From NCBI GenBank assembly GCA_020050435.1, contig JAGVKQ010000020.1:140012-204011 (forward strand): a DNA stretch of 64,000 nucleotides, in the 5' to 3' direction. The translations under genes were made by a program, and so were the position numbers. The notes beneath the pieces are model-generated. The model did no database searches. It saw nothing but the letters and a program-made list of their open reading frames with translations, and had not been told where the DNA came from. Shown here in pieces: positions 1 through 9,101 of the stretch (positions are counted from its first letter, which is position 1; each line of letters opens with the position of its first letter). The DNA comes from Candidatus Caenarcanales bacterium. GTDB lineage: Bacteria; Cyanobacteriota; Vampirovibrionia; 2-02-FULL-35-15.

Positions 1-42
1 GAATCTTTTCAGGCATTAAAAGCTTTTATCCTTATTAAATAA
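1..42 (+). CDS. possible 3' end of an upstream gene (ESFQALKAFILIK*)
   Basis: Open frame from the window edge to TAA at 40-42; too short to identify. Confidence 0.3.
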   Translation, partial: ESFQALKAFILIK

Positions 43-152
43 ATCTTAACTTTATATACACTGATAGTAGCTAGGTTAAAAGAAGGGAGTCAAGATATAA
101 AAATAAAGAAAAAATGAAGAGTATTTTAGCTGGAACTGATAAACTAGTATAA

Positions 153-1874
153 ATGTCCTTTTCAACAGACAAAATTAAAATTGAAAGAATTAAAACAGAT
201 TTTTTAATCATTGGAGCAGGAGCTGCTGGTTGTTTTGCAGCATATGAAGCTAGAAAGCTAAATCCAGATATTGATATAGTAATTTTAGAAAAAGCACACA
301 TAGACAGAAGCGGATGCTTAGCCGCTGGTATTAATGCCATAAATGCTTATATAAATGCAGGACAAAGCCCTGAAAGTTTTTTAGAGTATGTAAAAAAAGA
401 TTCTATGGATTTAATTAGAGAAGATTTGGTTTACAGCATAGCTAAAGAAGTTAACCATGCAGTAGATCTTTTAGAAGAATGGGGATTGCCTATACCTAAA
501 GATGAAAATGGTGAAAGATATGCACGTGGACGTGGATCTATTATAGTTCAGGGTGAAAGAATAAAACCAATCATTGCTCAAGCTGTAAAAAGTACAAAAG
601 CAAAAGTTTTAAATAGAGTAGTAGTTACAAACCTGATTAAAAAAGGAAATAAAATTCTTGGTGCTTATGGTTTTGGAGTTAGAGATGGAAAGTTTTATAT
701 AGTAGAAGCTAAAGCTACTCTTGTTGCTACTGGTGGAGCAGGTGGTATTTACAAACCTAACAATGAAGGTAATGCCAGACATAAAATTTGGTACTCACCA
801 TTTAATACTGGAGCTGGCTATGCTATCGGAATAAGAGCCGGTGCTGAAATGACGACTTTTGAAATGCGCTATGTAAGTATGCGTATAAAAGATCTCATGG
901 CACCTACAGGAGCAGTCGCTCAGGGTGTAAAAGCTCAGCAAGTAAACGCTCTAGGTGAAAGATATCTAGAAGATCGTTATGGAGATTTAGGTGGGCGACA
1001 AATGCCGACATCTGCTCGTTTGTTAGCAACTCTTCAGGAAAATGCAGAGGGAAGAGGTCCATGCTATTTAGATACCACTCATCTTACGAAAGAACAAGCT
1101 GAAAGATTAAAAGCATATTACCTCCACATGACACCTGGACTTACTCTTTATTGGTCAGTAAAATCTACCAGCCCGAAAAATGACCCTCCAGAAATAGTAG
1201 GAACTGAGCCTTACATCGTAGGTGGTCATGCACAGGCTGGTTATTGGATAGATATAAATAGAAAAGCTACTCTTGAAAACTTATATGCAGCAGGAGATGT
1301 AGCAGGCGGCGCTCCTAAAAAATATGTTTCAGGCTCAGGTGTAGAAGGAATGATTGCAGCAAGAGATATAAACTCAAAATTAGGTTCTTTAAATCATGAA
1401 GAGATAAATGATCATGAAATTAAAGAAGAAATGCACAGGGTTTTTAATCACATGAATAAAGAAAGTATTTCGATTTTACCGGATGAGTTAGAACTAAGAA
1501 TGCAAAAAATAATGGATGACTATGCTGGTGGCATTTCTAGTGGCTATGTTTTAAATGAGCAAAAACTTTCAAAAGCAAGAAAATATATCAAACATTTAAA
1601 AGAAGATTCCAAATATTTATATGGAAACAATTTACATGAATTAATGAAATGTCATGAGGTTATAGACAGATTAGATGTAGCCACTGTACTTATAGAACAT
1701 TTAAGCTATAGAAAAGAAACTAGATGGCCTATCTACCAATCAAGAGGCGACTACCCTAATAGAGATGATAAAAACTGGTTGAAGTTTGTTAATTCAGTAT
1801 ATGATAATAAGAGTGGAGAAGTTAAAATTGTAGAGAGGGAATGTAAGCCAGTTTCACTACTTGCAACAAAATAA
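153..1874 (+). CDS. aprA: adenylylsulfate (APS) reductase alpha subunit, FAD flavoprotein
   Basis: GAGAAG FAD motif; EKAHIDRSGCLAAGINAINAY; WYSPFNTGAGYA; EPYIVGGH; RKETRWP; followed by an AprB-type ferredoxin. Confidence 0.9.
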   Translation: MSFSTDKIKIERIKTDFLIIGAGAAGCFAAYEARKLNPDIDIVILEKAHIDRSGCLAAGINAINAYINAGQSPESFLEYVKKDSMDLIREDLVYSIAKEVNHAVDLLEEWGLPIPKDENGERYARGRGSIIVQGERIKPIIAQAVKSTKAKVLNRVVVTNLIKKGNKILGAYGFGVRDGKFYIVEAKATLVATGGAGGIYKPNNEGNARHKIWYSPFNTGAGYAIGIRAGAEMTTFEMRYVSMRIKDLMAPTGAVAQGVKAQQVNALGERYLEDRYGDLGGRQMPTSARLLATLQENAEGRGPCYLDTTHLTKEQAERLKAYYLHMTPGLTLYWSVKSTSPKNDPPEIVGTEPYIVGGHAQAGYWIDINRKATLENLYAAGDVAGGAPKKYVSGSGVEGMIAARDINSKLGSLNHEEINDHEIKEEMHRVFNHMNKESISILPDELELRMQKIMDDYAGGISSGYVLNEQKLSKARKYIKHLKEDSKYLYGNNLHELMKCHEVIDRLDVATVLIEHLSYRKETRWPIYQSRGDYPNRDDKNWLKFVNSVYDNKSGEVKIVERECKPVSLLATK

Positions 1875-1875
1875 A

Positions 1876-2298
1876 ATGGGCATATTAATCGATCAAAATT
1901 CATGCAATGGCTGTGGTTTCCCAGAAAGCGAAACTCCATGCAATATGGCATGTCCAGGCGATCTTATTTTTATGCAATCAAATGGAAAAGCAGAAATCTG
2001 TTGTAATGCTGACTGTTGGGATTGTTGTGCCTGCATAAAAATCTGCCCTCAACAGGCTATAGAACTTCAACTTCCTTTTGAAATAACAGGAAAAGAAGGC
2101 AGCTTAAAAGCCAGAGCTTATAGAGAAAAAACGGTCTGGACTGCAAGAGATGCAAATGGAAATGAAGAAATTTTTGAAACGCCAGCTAGAAATGAGTCCT
2201 CATTAAAGAATTTAATTAATCCAGAAGAATTTAGTGATGTAGTAGATTCATACAAGGGGATTTCTAAATCTTTTACAGATTTAGGTCAAGGAATTTAA
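1876..2298 (+). CDS. aprB: APS reductase beta subunit, 2[4Fe-4S] ferredoxin with C-terminal extension
   Basis: CNGC...CNMACPGDL and CWDCCACIKICP; ATG at 1876 just after the aprA stop. Confidence 0.85.
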   Translation: MGILIDQNSCNGCGFPESETPCNMACPGDLIFMQSNGKAEICCNADCWDCCACIKICPQQAIELQLPFEITGKEGSLKARAYREKTVWTARDANGNEEIFETPARNESSLKNLINPEEFSDVVDSYKGISKSFTDLGQGI

Positions 2299-2299
2299 G

Positions 2300-2836
2300 A
2301 TGTACAATCATTTAGAAGCAGCGGAACTTGCAAATTCTTTTTACTATACATTTAATACAATCCCCCAAGTAGTTACTACAATGATTGGATTATTAGGGGC
2401 ATTTAGCTTATTTAATATTCAACTACTTGATACTGAGCTTTTTAATACTGCAAATGTACTATTTACATACTACATGGAGTCAAACCTAAAATTGCCTTCA
2501 CCGACTTTATTAGAAACTAAGAATTTCACAGAGTTTTTAAGTTATATAAAGAGTCACCCAAAGCCTACAAATATTCATTTCGAGCCTAGGTTTGAAAGGT
2601 TTGAAATTTTACTAAGCAGAAAAATCAAGCTTGTGAAAGATTTGAAATATTCCCTTTTATTAACTTCTGTAATAGTAATTATTTCGATTATTTTTTTAAT
2701 GCTTACTCCAGATCTAACCAGATTAGAAACTACAGTTAATTGGATTGATTCGGCATGCTTTGGAGTAGGAATTGTTGGAGTTATGTTTTGTCTTAGAAGT
2801 TATTACATGCTTATTATTAATTCTCTGGATAAATAG
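2300..2836 (+). CDS. hypothetical membrane protein (about 3 TM helices)
   Basis: 178 aa ORF starting 1 nt after the aprB stop; hydrophobic segments. Confidence 0.7.
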   Translation: MYNHLEAAELANSFYYTFNTIPQVVTTMIGLLGAFSLFNIQLLDTELFNTANVLFTYYMESNLKLPSPTLLETKNFTEFLSYIKSHPKPTNIHFEPRFERFEILLSRKIKLVKDLKYSLLLTSVIVIISIIFLMLTPDLTRLETTVNWIDSACFGVGIVGVMFCLRSYYMLIINSLDK

Positions 2837-2907
2837 GTAAATCGTAACATTTCACCTCGTAATACACCAATTTCATTTAATTAATAGCTAATCTAAATTT
2901 GTGCTTT

Positions 2908-3930
2908 ATGCTTAATAGAAATAAAATCTTTTTTTTCATATTAGTAGTATTTTTAAATTTACTTTTATGCCTGAAATCAAATGCCCATCATGGTGGGGAA
3001 GGAATTAGTGGTGTAGGTGTAGCAGGACCTATAATTACTATTCCTGCTTATACTCTGCCCAAAGGATTAAAATATATAAATCTTCTTACTGATTACACTA
3101 ACTATAATGAGTTTTCAGACAATAAATTAATGCAATTAGATAGAAGAGGTGAGCACATCCATAGCGCCGCACATCTTTTTATACCCAGTGTAGGATTAGG
3201 ATATGGATTAACTGATAACTTAACCATAGGGGTTAGAGTTCCTTATATTTTTAGATTTGGGTTAAGAGACATTCATGATGCAAAAGTAGGAAAAAGAGGA
3301 AATTCAATAGGCATAGGCGATATAACTTTTTTCTCTCAATATAGATTTTTAAAGAATGAAAAACATCATCTCCACGCGGCTCTTTTAACAGGGTTGAAAA
3401 TACCATCAGGAGTAAGAAGAGCAAAAGGAAGAGATGATGAAATTTTTGAAGCAGATGAACAACCAGGCTCCGGTTCATGGGATCCGTTAGTAGGTATTGC
3501 AATTAGCAAGAAAATAAAAGGATTTTCTTTAGATGCTAATGGCTTATATAAATTCACGACTAAAGGTGCACAGGGATCTAATCTTGGAGATCTTGTAAAT
3601 TATAATCTTGCATTGTCACACAGATTTTTAAGAGATCATGATTTAAGTTTTAGTAAAAAAAATGTTAACTCAAGATTCACCAATAAACTTTATGGTGATG
3701 CTATCTTTGAAATTAATGGCTCATGGTCAGCCAAACCAAATACATTTCATGGATTTATAGATCAGAATCACGGCGGGAATTTAGTTTATCTATCGCCTGG
3801 AGTAAGACTCACTTATGATAAGAAATGGATTTGGTATGCTTCATGTGGCTTTCCTACCATTGAAAACCTTAACGGCAGGGCAAAAGCCCCTAGCTTTAGG
3901 CTAGTTTCAGGAATTACGCGGGCTTTTTAA
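2908..3930 (+). CDS. putative outer-membrane beta-barrel/transporter with HHGGEG mature N-terminus (paralog 1)
   Basis: Signal peptide ending SNA-HHGG; GIGDI, LKIPSG and GSGSWD motifs; C-terminal Phe. Confidence 0.7.
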   Translation: MLNRNKIFFFILVVFLNLLLCLKSNAHHGGEGISGVGVAGPIITIPAYTLPKGLKYINLLTDYTNYNEFSDNKLMQLDRRGEHIHSAAHLFIPSVGLGYGLTDNLTIGVRVPYIFRFGLRDIHDAKVGKRGNSIGIGDITFFSQYRFLKNEKHHLHAALLTGLKIPSGVRRAKGRDDEIFEADEQPGSGSWDPLVGIAISKKIKGFSLDANGLYKFTTKGAQGSNLGDLVNYNLALSHRFLRDHDLSFSKKNVNSRFTNKLYGDAIFEINGSWSAKPNTFHGFIDQNHGGNLVYLSPGVRLTYDKKWIWYASCGFPTIENLNGRAKAPSFRLVSGITRAF

Positions 3931-3940
3931 GTTCTGCTTT

Positions 3941-3979
3941 ATTGTAATACTGTTGCAATAAGAAAAAATCTGGTAAAAT
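3941..3979 (+). promoter_or_regulatory. candidate operator (imperfect palindrome) plus extended -10
   Basis: ATTGTAA-tactg-TTGCAAT at 3941-3959; TGgTAAAAT at 3971-3979, 6 nt before ATG 3986. Confidence 0.4.
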
Positions 3980-3985
3980 AATTGA

Positions 3986-4999
3986 ATGCTTTTTCAATTC
4001 ATATTCTCTTTAATAATTGCTTTTTTTATTTCAACTAATTCTTCTTTAGCTCACCATGGCGGAGAAGGTGGACTAGGTGGCGGTGCTGGAATAGCTGGAC
4101 CCATAGTAACTATACCTGCTTACCCATTACCAAAAGGAAGTAAGTTTATAAGCTTAATTACAAATTACAATAACGAAAACATTTTCTCAGATTCCAAATT
4201 AAGCCGCCTTGGCAAAAGAGGAGAAGAAGTAGATATAGTAGAAAATACACTTACCCCTTCATTAACAGTAGGATATGGTTTTACTGAAAAGTCTTCATTA
4301 AGTGCAAGTATTCCTTATCTCTTTAAATTTGGAATAAGAAGAGTAGAAGAGTCACCCGTAGTAACAAATAAAGGAAATTCAATCGGTGTAGGAGATATAA
4401 ATTTATTTGGCTTATATGAGTTGGTTCATAGTGAAAAGCATGATTTACATACAGCCCTTTTATATGGTCTAAAAATACCTACTGGAGTTAGAAGAACAAA
4501 AGACCATTCAGGAAATATATATAAAGCAGAGCATCAACCCAGTACAGGTTCTTGGGACCCTTCTTTAGGACTTTCCGTAAGTAAGCATGCAGGGATTTTA
4601 CATTTAGATGCAAATGGCATGTATAGATTTTCGACTAAAGGTATTCAAGATACTACCTTAGGAGATATAGTTTCATACAACTTAGCTACATCCTATTTAG
4701 TTGGAACTAAAAATACCAGATTTGATAAACTCTTTCCTAAAAAAATATTTGGTCATGAAAGTAGTTGGCATTTAATCGGAGAAATAAATGGCTCCTGGGT
4801 AGAAAAACCTAAAAGTCCAGAAGGCAGAGAAGAAAATGAAGGTGGAACGCTTGTCTATCTTTCCCCTGGAATGAGATTGATACTGGATAAGAAATGGGTT
4901 ACAAACCTATCAGTAGGTCTTCCTACTATTCATAATTTAAATGGTAGAAGGCAACCGCCAAATGTCAGAGTTATTTTAGGCGTTACGAGAGTATTTTAG
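3986..4999 (+). CDS. putative outer-membrane beta-barrel/transporter with HHGGEG mature N-terminus (paralog 2)
   Basis: Signal peptide ending SLA-HHGG; colinear with paralog 1 (AGPIxTIPAYxLPKG, GNSIGxGDI, GSWDP, LVYLSPG); C-terminal Phe. Confidence 0.7.
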   Translation: MLFQFIFSLIIAFFISTNSSLAHHGGEGGLGGGAGIAGPIVTIPAYPLPKGSKFISLITNYNNENIFSDSKLSRLGKRGEEVDIVENTLTPSLTVGYGFTEKSSLSASIPYLFKFGIRRVEESPVVTNKGNSIGVGDINLFGLYELVHSEKHDLHTALLYGLKIPTGVRRTKDHSGNIYKAEHQPSTGSWDPSLGLSVSKHAGILHLDANGMYRFSTKGIQDTTLGDIVSYNLATSYLVGTKNTRFDKLFPKKIFGHESSWHLIGEINGSWVEKPKSPEGREENEGGTLVYLSPGMRLILDKKWVTNLSVGLPTIHNLNGRRQPPNVRVILGVTRVF

Positions 5000-5142
5000 A
5001 ACTCAGCTACAATTCCAAAACAAGCTATAAGAATCAACCAGAAAAAAAAGTGAAGATAGAAAAAGGTAAAGCTAAAGAAAATTTGTACCTGTGTTTTGCT
5101 GGTATCTTTTGCTATTAGTTTTGCATCTTTTACTGTAGCCAT
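4996..5142 (-). CDS. 48-aa single-TM peptide, last gene of the respiratory operon (not in ORF track)
   Basis: MATVKDAKLIAKDTSKTQVQIFFSFTFFYLHFFFWLILIACFGIVAEF*; SD GAGGA upstream; starts 12 nt after the MvhD-like stop. Confidence 0.65.
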   Translation of the reverse strand: MATVKDAKLIAKDTSKTQVQIFFSFTFFYLHFFFWLILIACFGIVAEF

Positions 5143-5154
5143 ATTTTTATCCTC

Positions 5155-5559
5155 TTATGATTTCACTTCTGGAGCTGGTAAAGCATCTAAGTCTTTTTCA
5201 AAATGATTTAATTTATCTATCAAAGTTCCATAGTCACATTTTGCTAACCAATATCCACGTACTTTTTCTTTAGGTACTGTTTTTTTAATGTTTGGTGGAC
5301 GTGTGCCGAGTAGTCTTTCCTGACACCATTTGTTTCCTTCTCTATAGTGACAGTCACCTATCTGACAACCCATTACAAAAACACCTTCAGCACCTTGTTT
5401 GAATGCTTCCTCTATCATGATGGGCTGAATCATACCTGAACATGTAACTTCTAAAATTGAAACATTATCTTTTTCTACAAGCTTGTTATTTTTAACCCTT
5501 TTCTTAAGGTCTACACTTCTTTCACAAACAATTCCTAATATTTTCTTTTTTTTGCTCAT
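5155..5559 (-). CDS. MvhD/FlpD-family [2Fe-2S] protein
   Basis: VTCSGMI...AFKQGAEGVFVMGCQIGDCHYREGN signature. Confidence 0.85.
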   Translation of the reverse strand: MSKKKKILGIVCERSVDLKKRVKNNKLVEKDNVSILEVTCSGMIQPIMIEEAFKQGAEGVFVMGCQIGDCHYREGNKWCQERLLGTRPPNIKKTVPKEKVRGYWLAKCDYGTLIDKLNHFEKDLDALPAPEVKS

Positions 5560-5569
5560 GATTTATTCC

Positions 5570-6694
5570 TTATGCAGGCTCCTTGAGAAGATCACTAATT
5601 TTAGTTATAACTTCTTTTGAATGATTTTGTGGAAGATCAATCGCTTTAAATGCACACGCTCCTACACAAAGTCCACACTCCGAACATCTGGCATCTATAA
5701 CTACTGCAAGCTGTTTATACTTAGGATGATCAGTTCTAGGTACCATGTAAATAGCTTCATAAGGACAATCTTTAGCACATAATGTACAACCAACACAATT
5801 GGTTAAACTAACAACAGCTGGTGCTTTTTCTTTATCAGTAACTAAAAATGGAAGAGCAAATAATAATGTAGTGGCTATAAAAACTATTGTCCAGACTATT
5901 AATGCAGGCATACCTGAGAACATAGGGAATATCCATAAATAGAACCAATCTAAAGGAAACTGAGTAGGCAATTTAGTAAGCACTGCTGGATTTACACTAG
6001 CTACTGGATAAACTGAAGCTGGAATCATTATGGATGAAAGAAGCAACAATCCTAGTCCAAGAGGTACGTCTGTAACCGGTCTTGAGATTCTTAAATAATG
6101 TAACCATAAGAGAAATAAGAGTGAAAATGAGATTCCAATATGGAAGAAAAAAGACATTGCTAAAGTATAGTGAGAAATAACATCACCATTAACAAAAATT
6201 TTAGCTAGTGGTAAACCCAAGAAAGGGATTTGCTTTAAAGCATCAGTCATAGCTAAAACTATCATGTATGATCTTTCATCCCATACAAGAATATATCCAG
6301 TTATACCTATGATTAACATTCCAATTAAAAGTACTACACCTGAATACCATGCAATCCAACGATACTTTCTATATCTGTCAGTGAAATAAACTCTAATAGC
6401 ATGAACCAATACTGCAATCATCATGGCATCAGCAGCATATCTATGTAAACCACGAATAATATTTCCAAATGGAAGTTTTGTAGTAATAAAATTGACTGAA
6501 ATATAAGCACTGTCTAAAGTAGGTTGATAATAAACAAATAAAAGAAGTCCTGTAATAAACAAAGTCCACATGAAAAAGTTTGGAACTGCACCATGATAGT
6601 AAAAAGGATTGTACTGCTGAGTAAAAACTTTATTTAAACCTTTTTCAAAAGTTATGGTGGCTTCTTGTAGTTTTTCTAATGTCTCTTTGTACAT
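5570..6694 (-). CDS. cytochrome b (four His ligands) fused to a C-terminal 2[4Fe-4S] ferredoxin
   Basis: H84/H98 (RGLHRY...VLVHAIR), H185/H199; LDWF at the PEWY position; CVGCTLCAKDCP and CSECGLCVGACA. Confidence 0.85.
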   Translation of the reverse strand: MYKETLEKLQEATITFEKGLNKVFTQQYNPFYYHGAVPNFFMWTLFITGLLLFVYYQPTLDSAYISVNFITTKLPFGNIIRGLHRYAADAMMIAVLVHAIRVYFTDRYRKYRWIAWYSGVVLLIGMLIIGITGYILVWDERSYMIVLAMTDALKQIPFLGLPLAKIFVNGDVISHYTLAMSFFFHIGISFSLLFLLWLHYLRISRPVTDVPLGLGLLLLSSIMIPASVYPVASVNPAVLTKLPTQFPLDWFYLWIFPMFSGMPALIVWTIVFIATTLLFALPFLVTDKEKAPAVVSLTNCVGCTLCAKDCPYEAIYMVPRTDHPKYKQLAVVIDARCSECGLCVGACAFKAIDLPQNHSKEVITKISDLLKEPA

Positions 6695-6702
6695 AACTCC
6701 TC

Positions 6703-6921
6703 TTACTTTTTAGCCTTTTCTTTAGCAGGGTTAGTTTCTTCATTATCATCATTTTGGGTAAGAATAATAAAAGAAACAGCAGCTAAAATCCCTAAGATTC
6801 CATAATATTTGCCAAATGCTACATCCTGGAAATTCCACTCACTAATACCAAGGAAATAGAGCAAACCTAATGTACCGCCAGCACATAGTAAAGCAACAAT
6901 CATTTGAATAGTATTTTTCAT
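6703..6921 (-). CDS. small 2-TM protein of the respiratory operon
   Basis: ATGA overlap with the upstream stop at 6918-6921; two hydrophobic helices. Confidence 0.75.
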   Translation of the reverse strand: MKNTIQMIVALLCAGGTLGLLYFLGISEWNFQDVAFGKYYGILGILAAVSFIILTQNDDNEETNPAKEKAKK

Positions 6922-7187
6922 TTTGCTTTTCTCCTTATCCATTCATAAGGACCAAATTCTTTACCTAAATTGTTTTTTTCTTTTTCTTCAAAGTAAATCC
7001 AATATCCAATAATAAATAGGGATAAAGCAAGTAAGAATAATGAGAAAACAGACATTGGTATATATTTAAATGTTTGATCAGCTGCAATCATTCTGCCTGA
7101 CTCAAAAAACATAGCTAATGCATAAGTAGCTGTACTAAAGACTATTATTCTGGCTATATTTATTTTTTCAATTAAGTTTTTAATCAT
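6918..7187 (-). CDS. small 2-TM protein of the respiratory operon
   Basis: ATGA overlap with the cytochrome b stop; two hydrophobic helices. Confidence 0.75.
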   Translation of the reverse strand: MIKNLIEKINIARIIVFSTATYALAMFFESGRMIAADQTFKYIPMSVFSLFLLALSLFIIGYWIYFEEKEKNNLGKEFGPYEWIRRKAK

Positions 7188-8509
7188 TGTGCAGGCATCA
7201 CCTCACCGACCATTTTCTTTCTAATTAATAAGTGCCACGTATAAGCAATCACTGTAGGGACCATACAAATACCAGTTCCTATTAACTGATCTTTTATAGT
7301 CAAGAAACCATTTAACAAACTAGGGAATGCCCAAAACATAACAAAAAGCGGACAGATAACATAAGCAATAAAATCCCCAACCATTACAGGCATTTTTTCT
7401 GGCTTTTCTGTTTTTTGTAAAATATACTGCCAGACAACACCAATCGCTATAAGTAGCCATGTACCACCTCTCCATATAGGTGGATCAGTATGAATATTTG
7501 CAATGTTCATTATGATAAGTGCTGAGAAAATAACAAACTCAATAAAGCCCATAATAACTACCATAAAGAAAATGGGTCTTCTAAAAATTTTAGTTTCAGG
7601 TCCTAAATCTAAAAATGGAAGTATAACTACAGTAAGAGGAATAAAAACAGTTAACGCTGTAGCCCAAACAGGTTCAATATATTTCAAGAACTGGTAAAGT
7701 GCAAGGAAATACCAATCTGAAAGAATAGGTAGTGGTGTAACACTAGGATCTGCTCTGTGTCCTATTTGTGCTGGCAATGCAATTGCAGCAAAGATAACCA
7801 TAGCTGTAGGTAATATTGCCATTTTCCAAGGCATGTTAAATCTCTTCAAACCATTTCTATAAAAATATAATTCAACTGCAATTAATGCAAGTAAACTAAA
7901 TGCAATATGAAAGCCATAAAATCTGGTCATGGTAGCTTGACCGATAGAACTACCACCAAGAAGAATCTGAGAGGTGTTTACACCGATGTGTGTAGGTCCA
8001 AGAATATAAAACTGCTCTAAGTATGTAGGAAATGTAGCAAAAACTTTTGTCGCCCAAAATGCTCTCTGATTCCAGATGAGAAGATACCCAGTAAGACCTG
8101 AGTACATTCCAAAAAGAAGTGTTACAAGACCAATAGCTACATTTAATTCTCTATTAGGTTTATAGTCTGCACAAATAAATATTCTATATAGTCTAATCGT
8201 AGCTGCAATAATAACTGCATCAGCACCATACTTATGAACACCTCTCATTAATGCACCAAAAGGAATTACATCCTGGATTTTAACGATAGAGTCATAAGCT
8301 TCACTAATAGAAGGTATATAAATAGCCATGAGTATACAGCCAGTAACCATGGTGATGACCCAAAATAACCATACAAGTGATCCAAGTGTATACCAAGGGT
8401 TTGTTTGAGCTTTATCTGCATAGTGTTCATCAAAAATATCAATGCCATTAATCATGGCTAGAACTTTATCTAGTAATGCTTTTGAAGATTTTTTAACTAT
8501 GTCGATCAT
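7184..8509 (-). CDS. cytochrome b of a Rieske/cyt b complex (b6 + subunit IV fused) with only two heme His ligands
   Basis: TGYLLIWNQRAFWA, LLGG...TMTRFYGFH, ADPSVTPLPILSDWYFL; H92 and H201 present, partner positions are R106 and Y215. Confidence 0.85.
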   Translation of the reverse strand: MIDIVKKSSKALLDKVLAMINGIDIFDEHYADKAQTNPWYTLGSLVWLFWVITMVTGCILMAIYIPSISEAYDSIVKIQDVIPFGALMRGVHKYGADAVIIAATIRLYRIFICADYKPNRELNVAIGLVTLLFGMYSGLTGYLLIWNQRAFWATKVFATFPTYLEQFYILGPTHIGVNTSQILLGGSSIGQATMTRFYGFHIAFSLLALIAVELYFYRNGLKRFNMPWKMAILPTAMVIFAAIALPAQIGHRADPSVTPLPILSDWYFLALYQFLKYIEPVWATALTVFIPLTVVILPFLDLGPETKIFRRPIFFMVVIMGFIEFVIFSALIIMNIANIHTDPPIWRGGTWLLIAIGVVWQYILQKTEKPEKMPVMVGDFIAYVICPLFVMFWAFPSLLNGFLTIKDQLIGTGICMVPTVIAYTWHLLIRKKMVGEVMPAQ

Positions 8510-8515
8510 GGTTTT

Positions 8516-9082
8516 TTACGCCACCCCTCCAGATTCAAGATCAGTAATTCTTAGTTTATTATTTTCAACAGTATAAACAAATTTTCTTGGTGGTCTAGGT
8601 GCAGGACCAGAAACAACTTTACCTTCTTGTTGGATATCAAATACACTTAAGTGACATGGACATGCAAAAACTGGACCATCAGGTCTATAGTTATATCCTT
8701 TAGCTACATCATCTGGAGCAGGTACATAGTTAAATACACAACCAAGATGAGGACAGATTCTACTATAAACAGCAAATTCACCAGTCGGTAGCCTTACAGC
8801 ATAACCAGGAATATCTTTAGTCTGAGTACCAATAGCTGTATATTCTTTATTTATCTGGGTAAAAGTAAATGCTTGAGCATCAAAGGCTTTAGGCATAAGT
8901 GAAAGATCTATTTCAACAGGAACTGCAGACCTAGGAAGATCTCCTCCTTGTAAATAATTTAAAGGTTTAATGGTAGGTTTTAAAAATCTCATTAAAGGAG
9001 ATACTGCTGCTGCTAATGCACCTAAAACAGGGATTGCTAATATTCCTTTTAATAAATTACGCCTTGTTGTCTCAATATCCAT
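8516..9082 (-). CDS. Rieske [2Fe-2S] subunit with Tat-type signal anchor
   Basis: TRRNLLK; CPHLGC and CPCHLSVF; GPAPRP. Confidence 0.92.
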   Translation of the reverse strand: MDIETTRRNLLKGILAIPVLGALAAAVSPLMRFLKPTIKPLNYLQGGDLPRSAVPVEIDLSLMPKAFDAQAFTFTQINKEYTAIGTQTKDIPGYAVRLPTGEFAVYSRICPHLGCVFNYVPAPDDVAKGYNYRPDGPVFACPCHLSVFDIQQEGKVVSGPAPRPPRKFVYTVENNKLRITDLESGGVA

Positions 9083-9101
9083 TCCCTACCCCCAAATAAA
9101 A

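Noticed and set aside
114-152. 12-aa ORF abutting aprA (MKSILAGTDKLV)
   Set aside because: Too short, no clear SD, no Cys/Met enrichment to suggest a leader peptide
153-2298. Dissimilatory sulfate reduction
   Set aside because: No sat, qmo or dsr in the window; direction cannot be assigned from aprAB alone
5155-5559. Hydrogenase or heterodisulfide reductase locus
   Set aside because: Only the MvhD-like domain is present; no hydrogenase or HdrA subunits in the window
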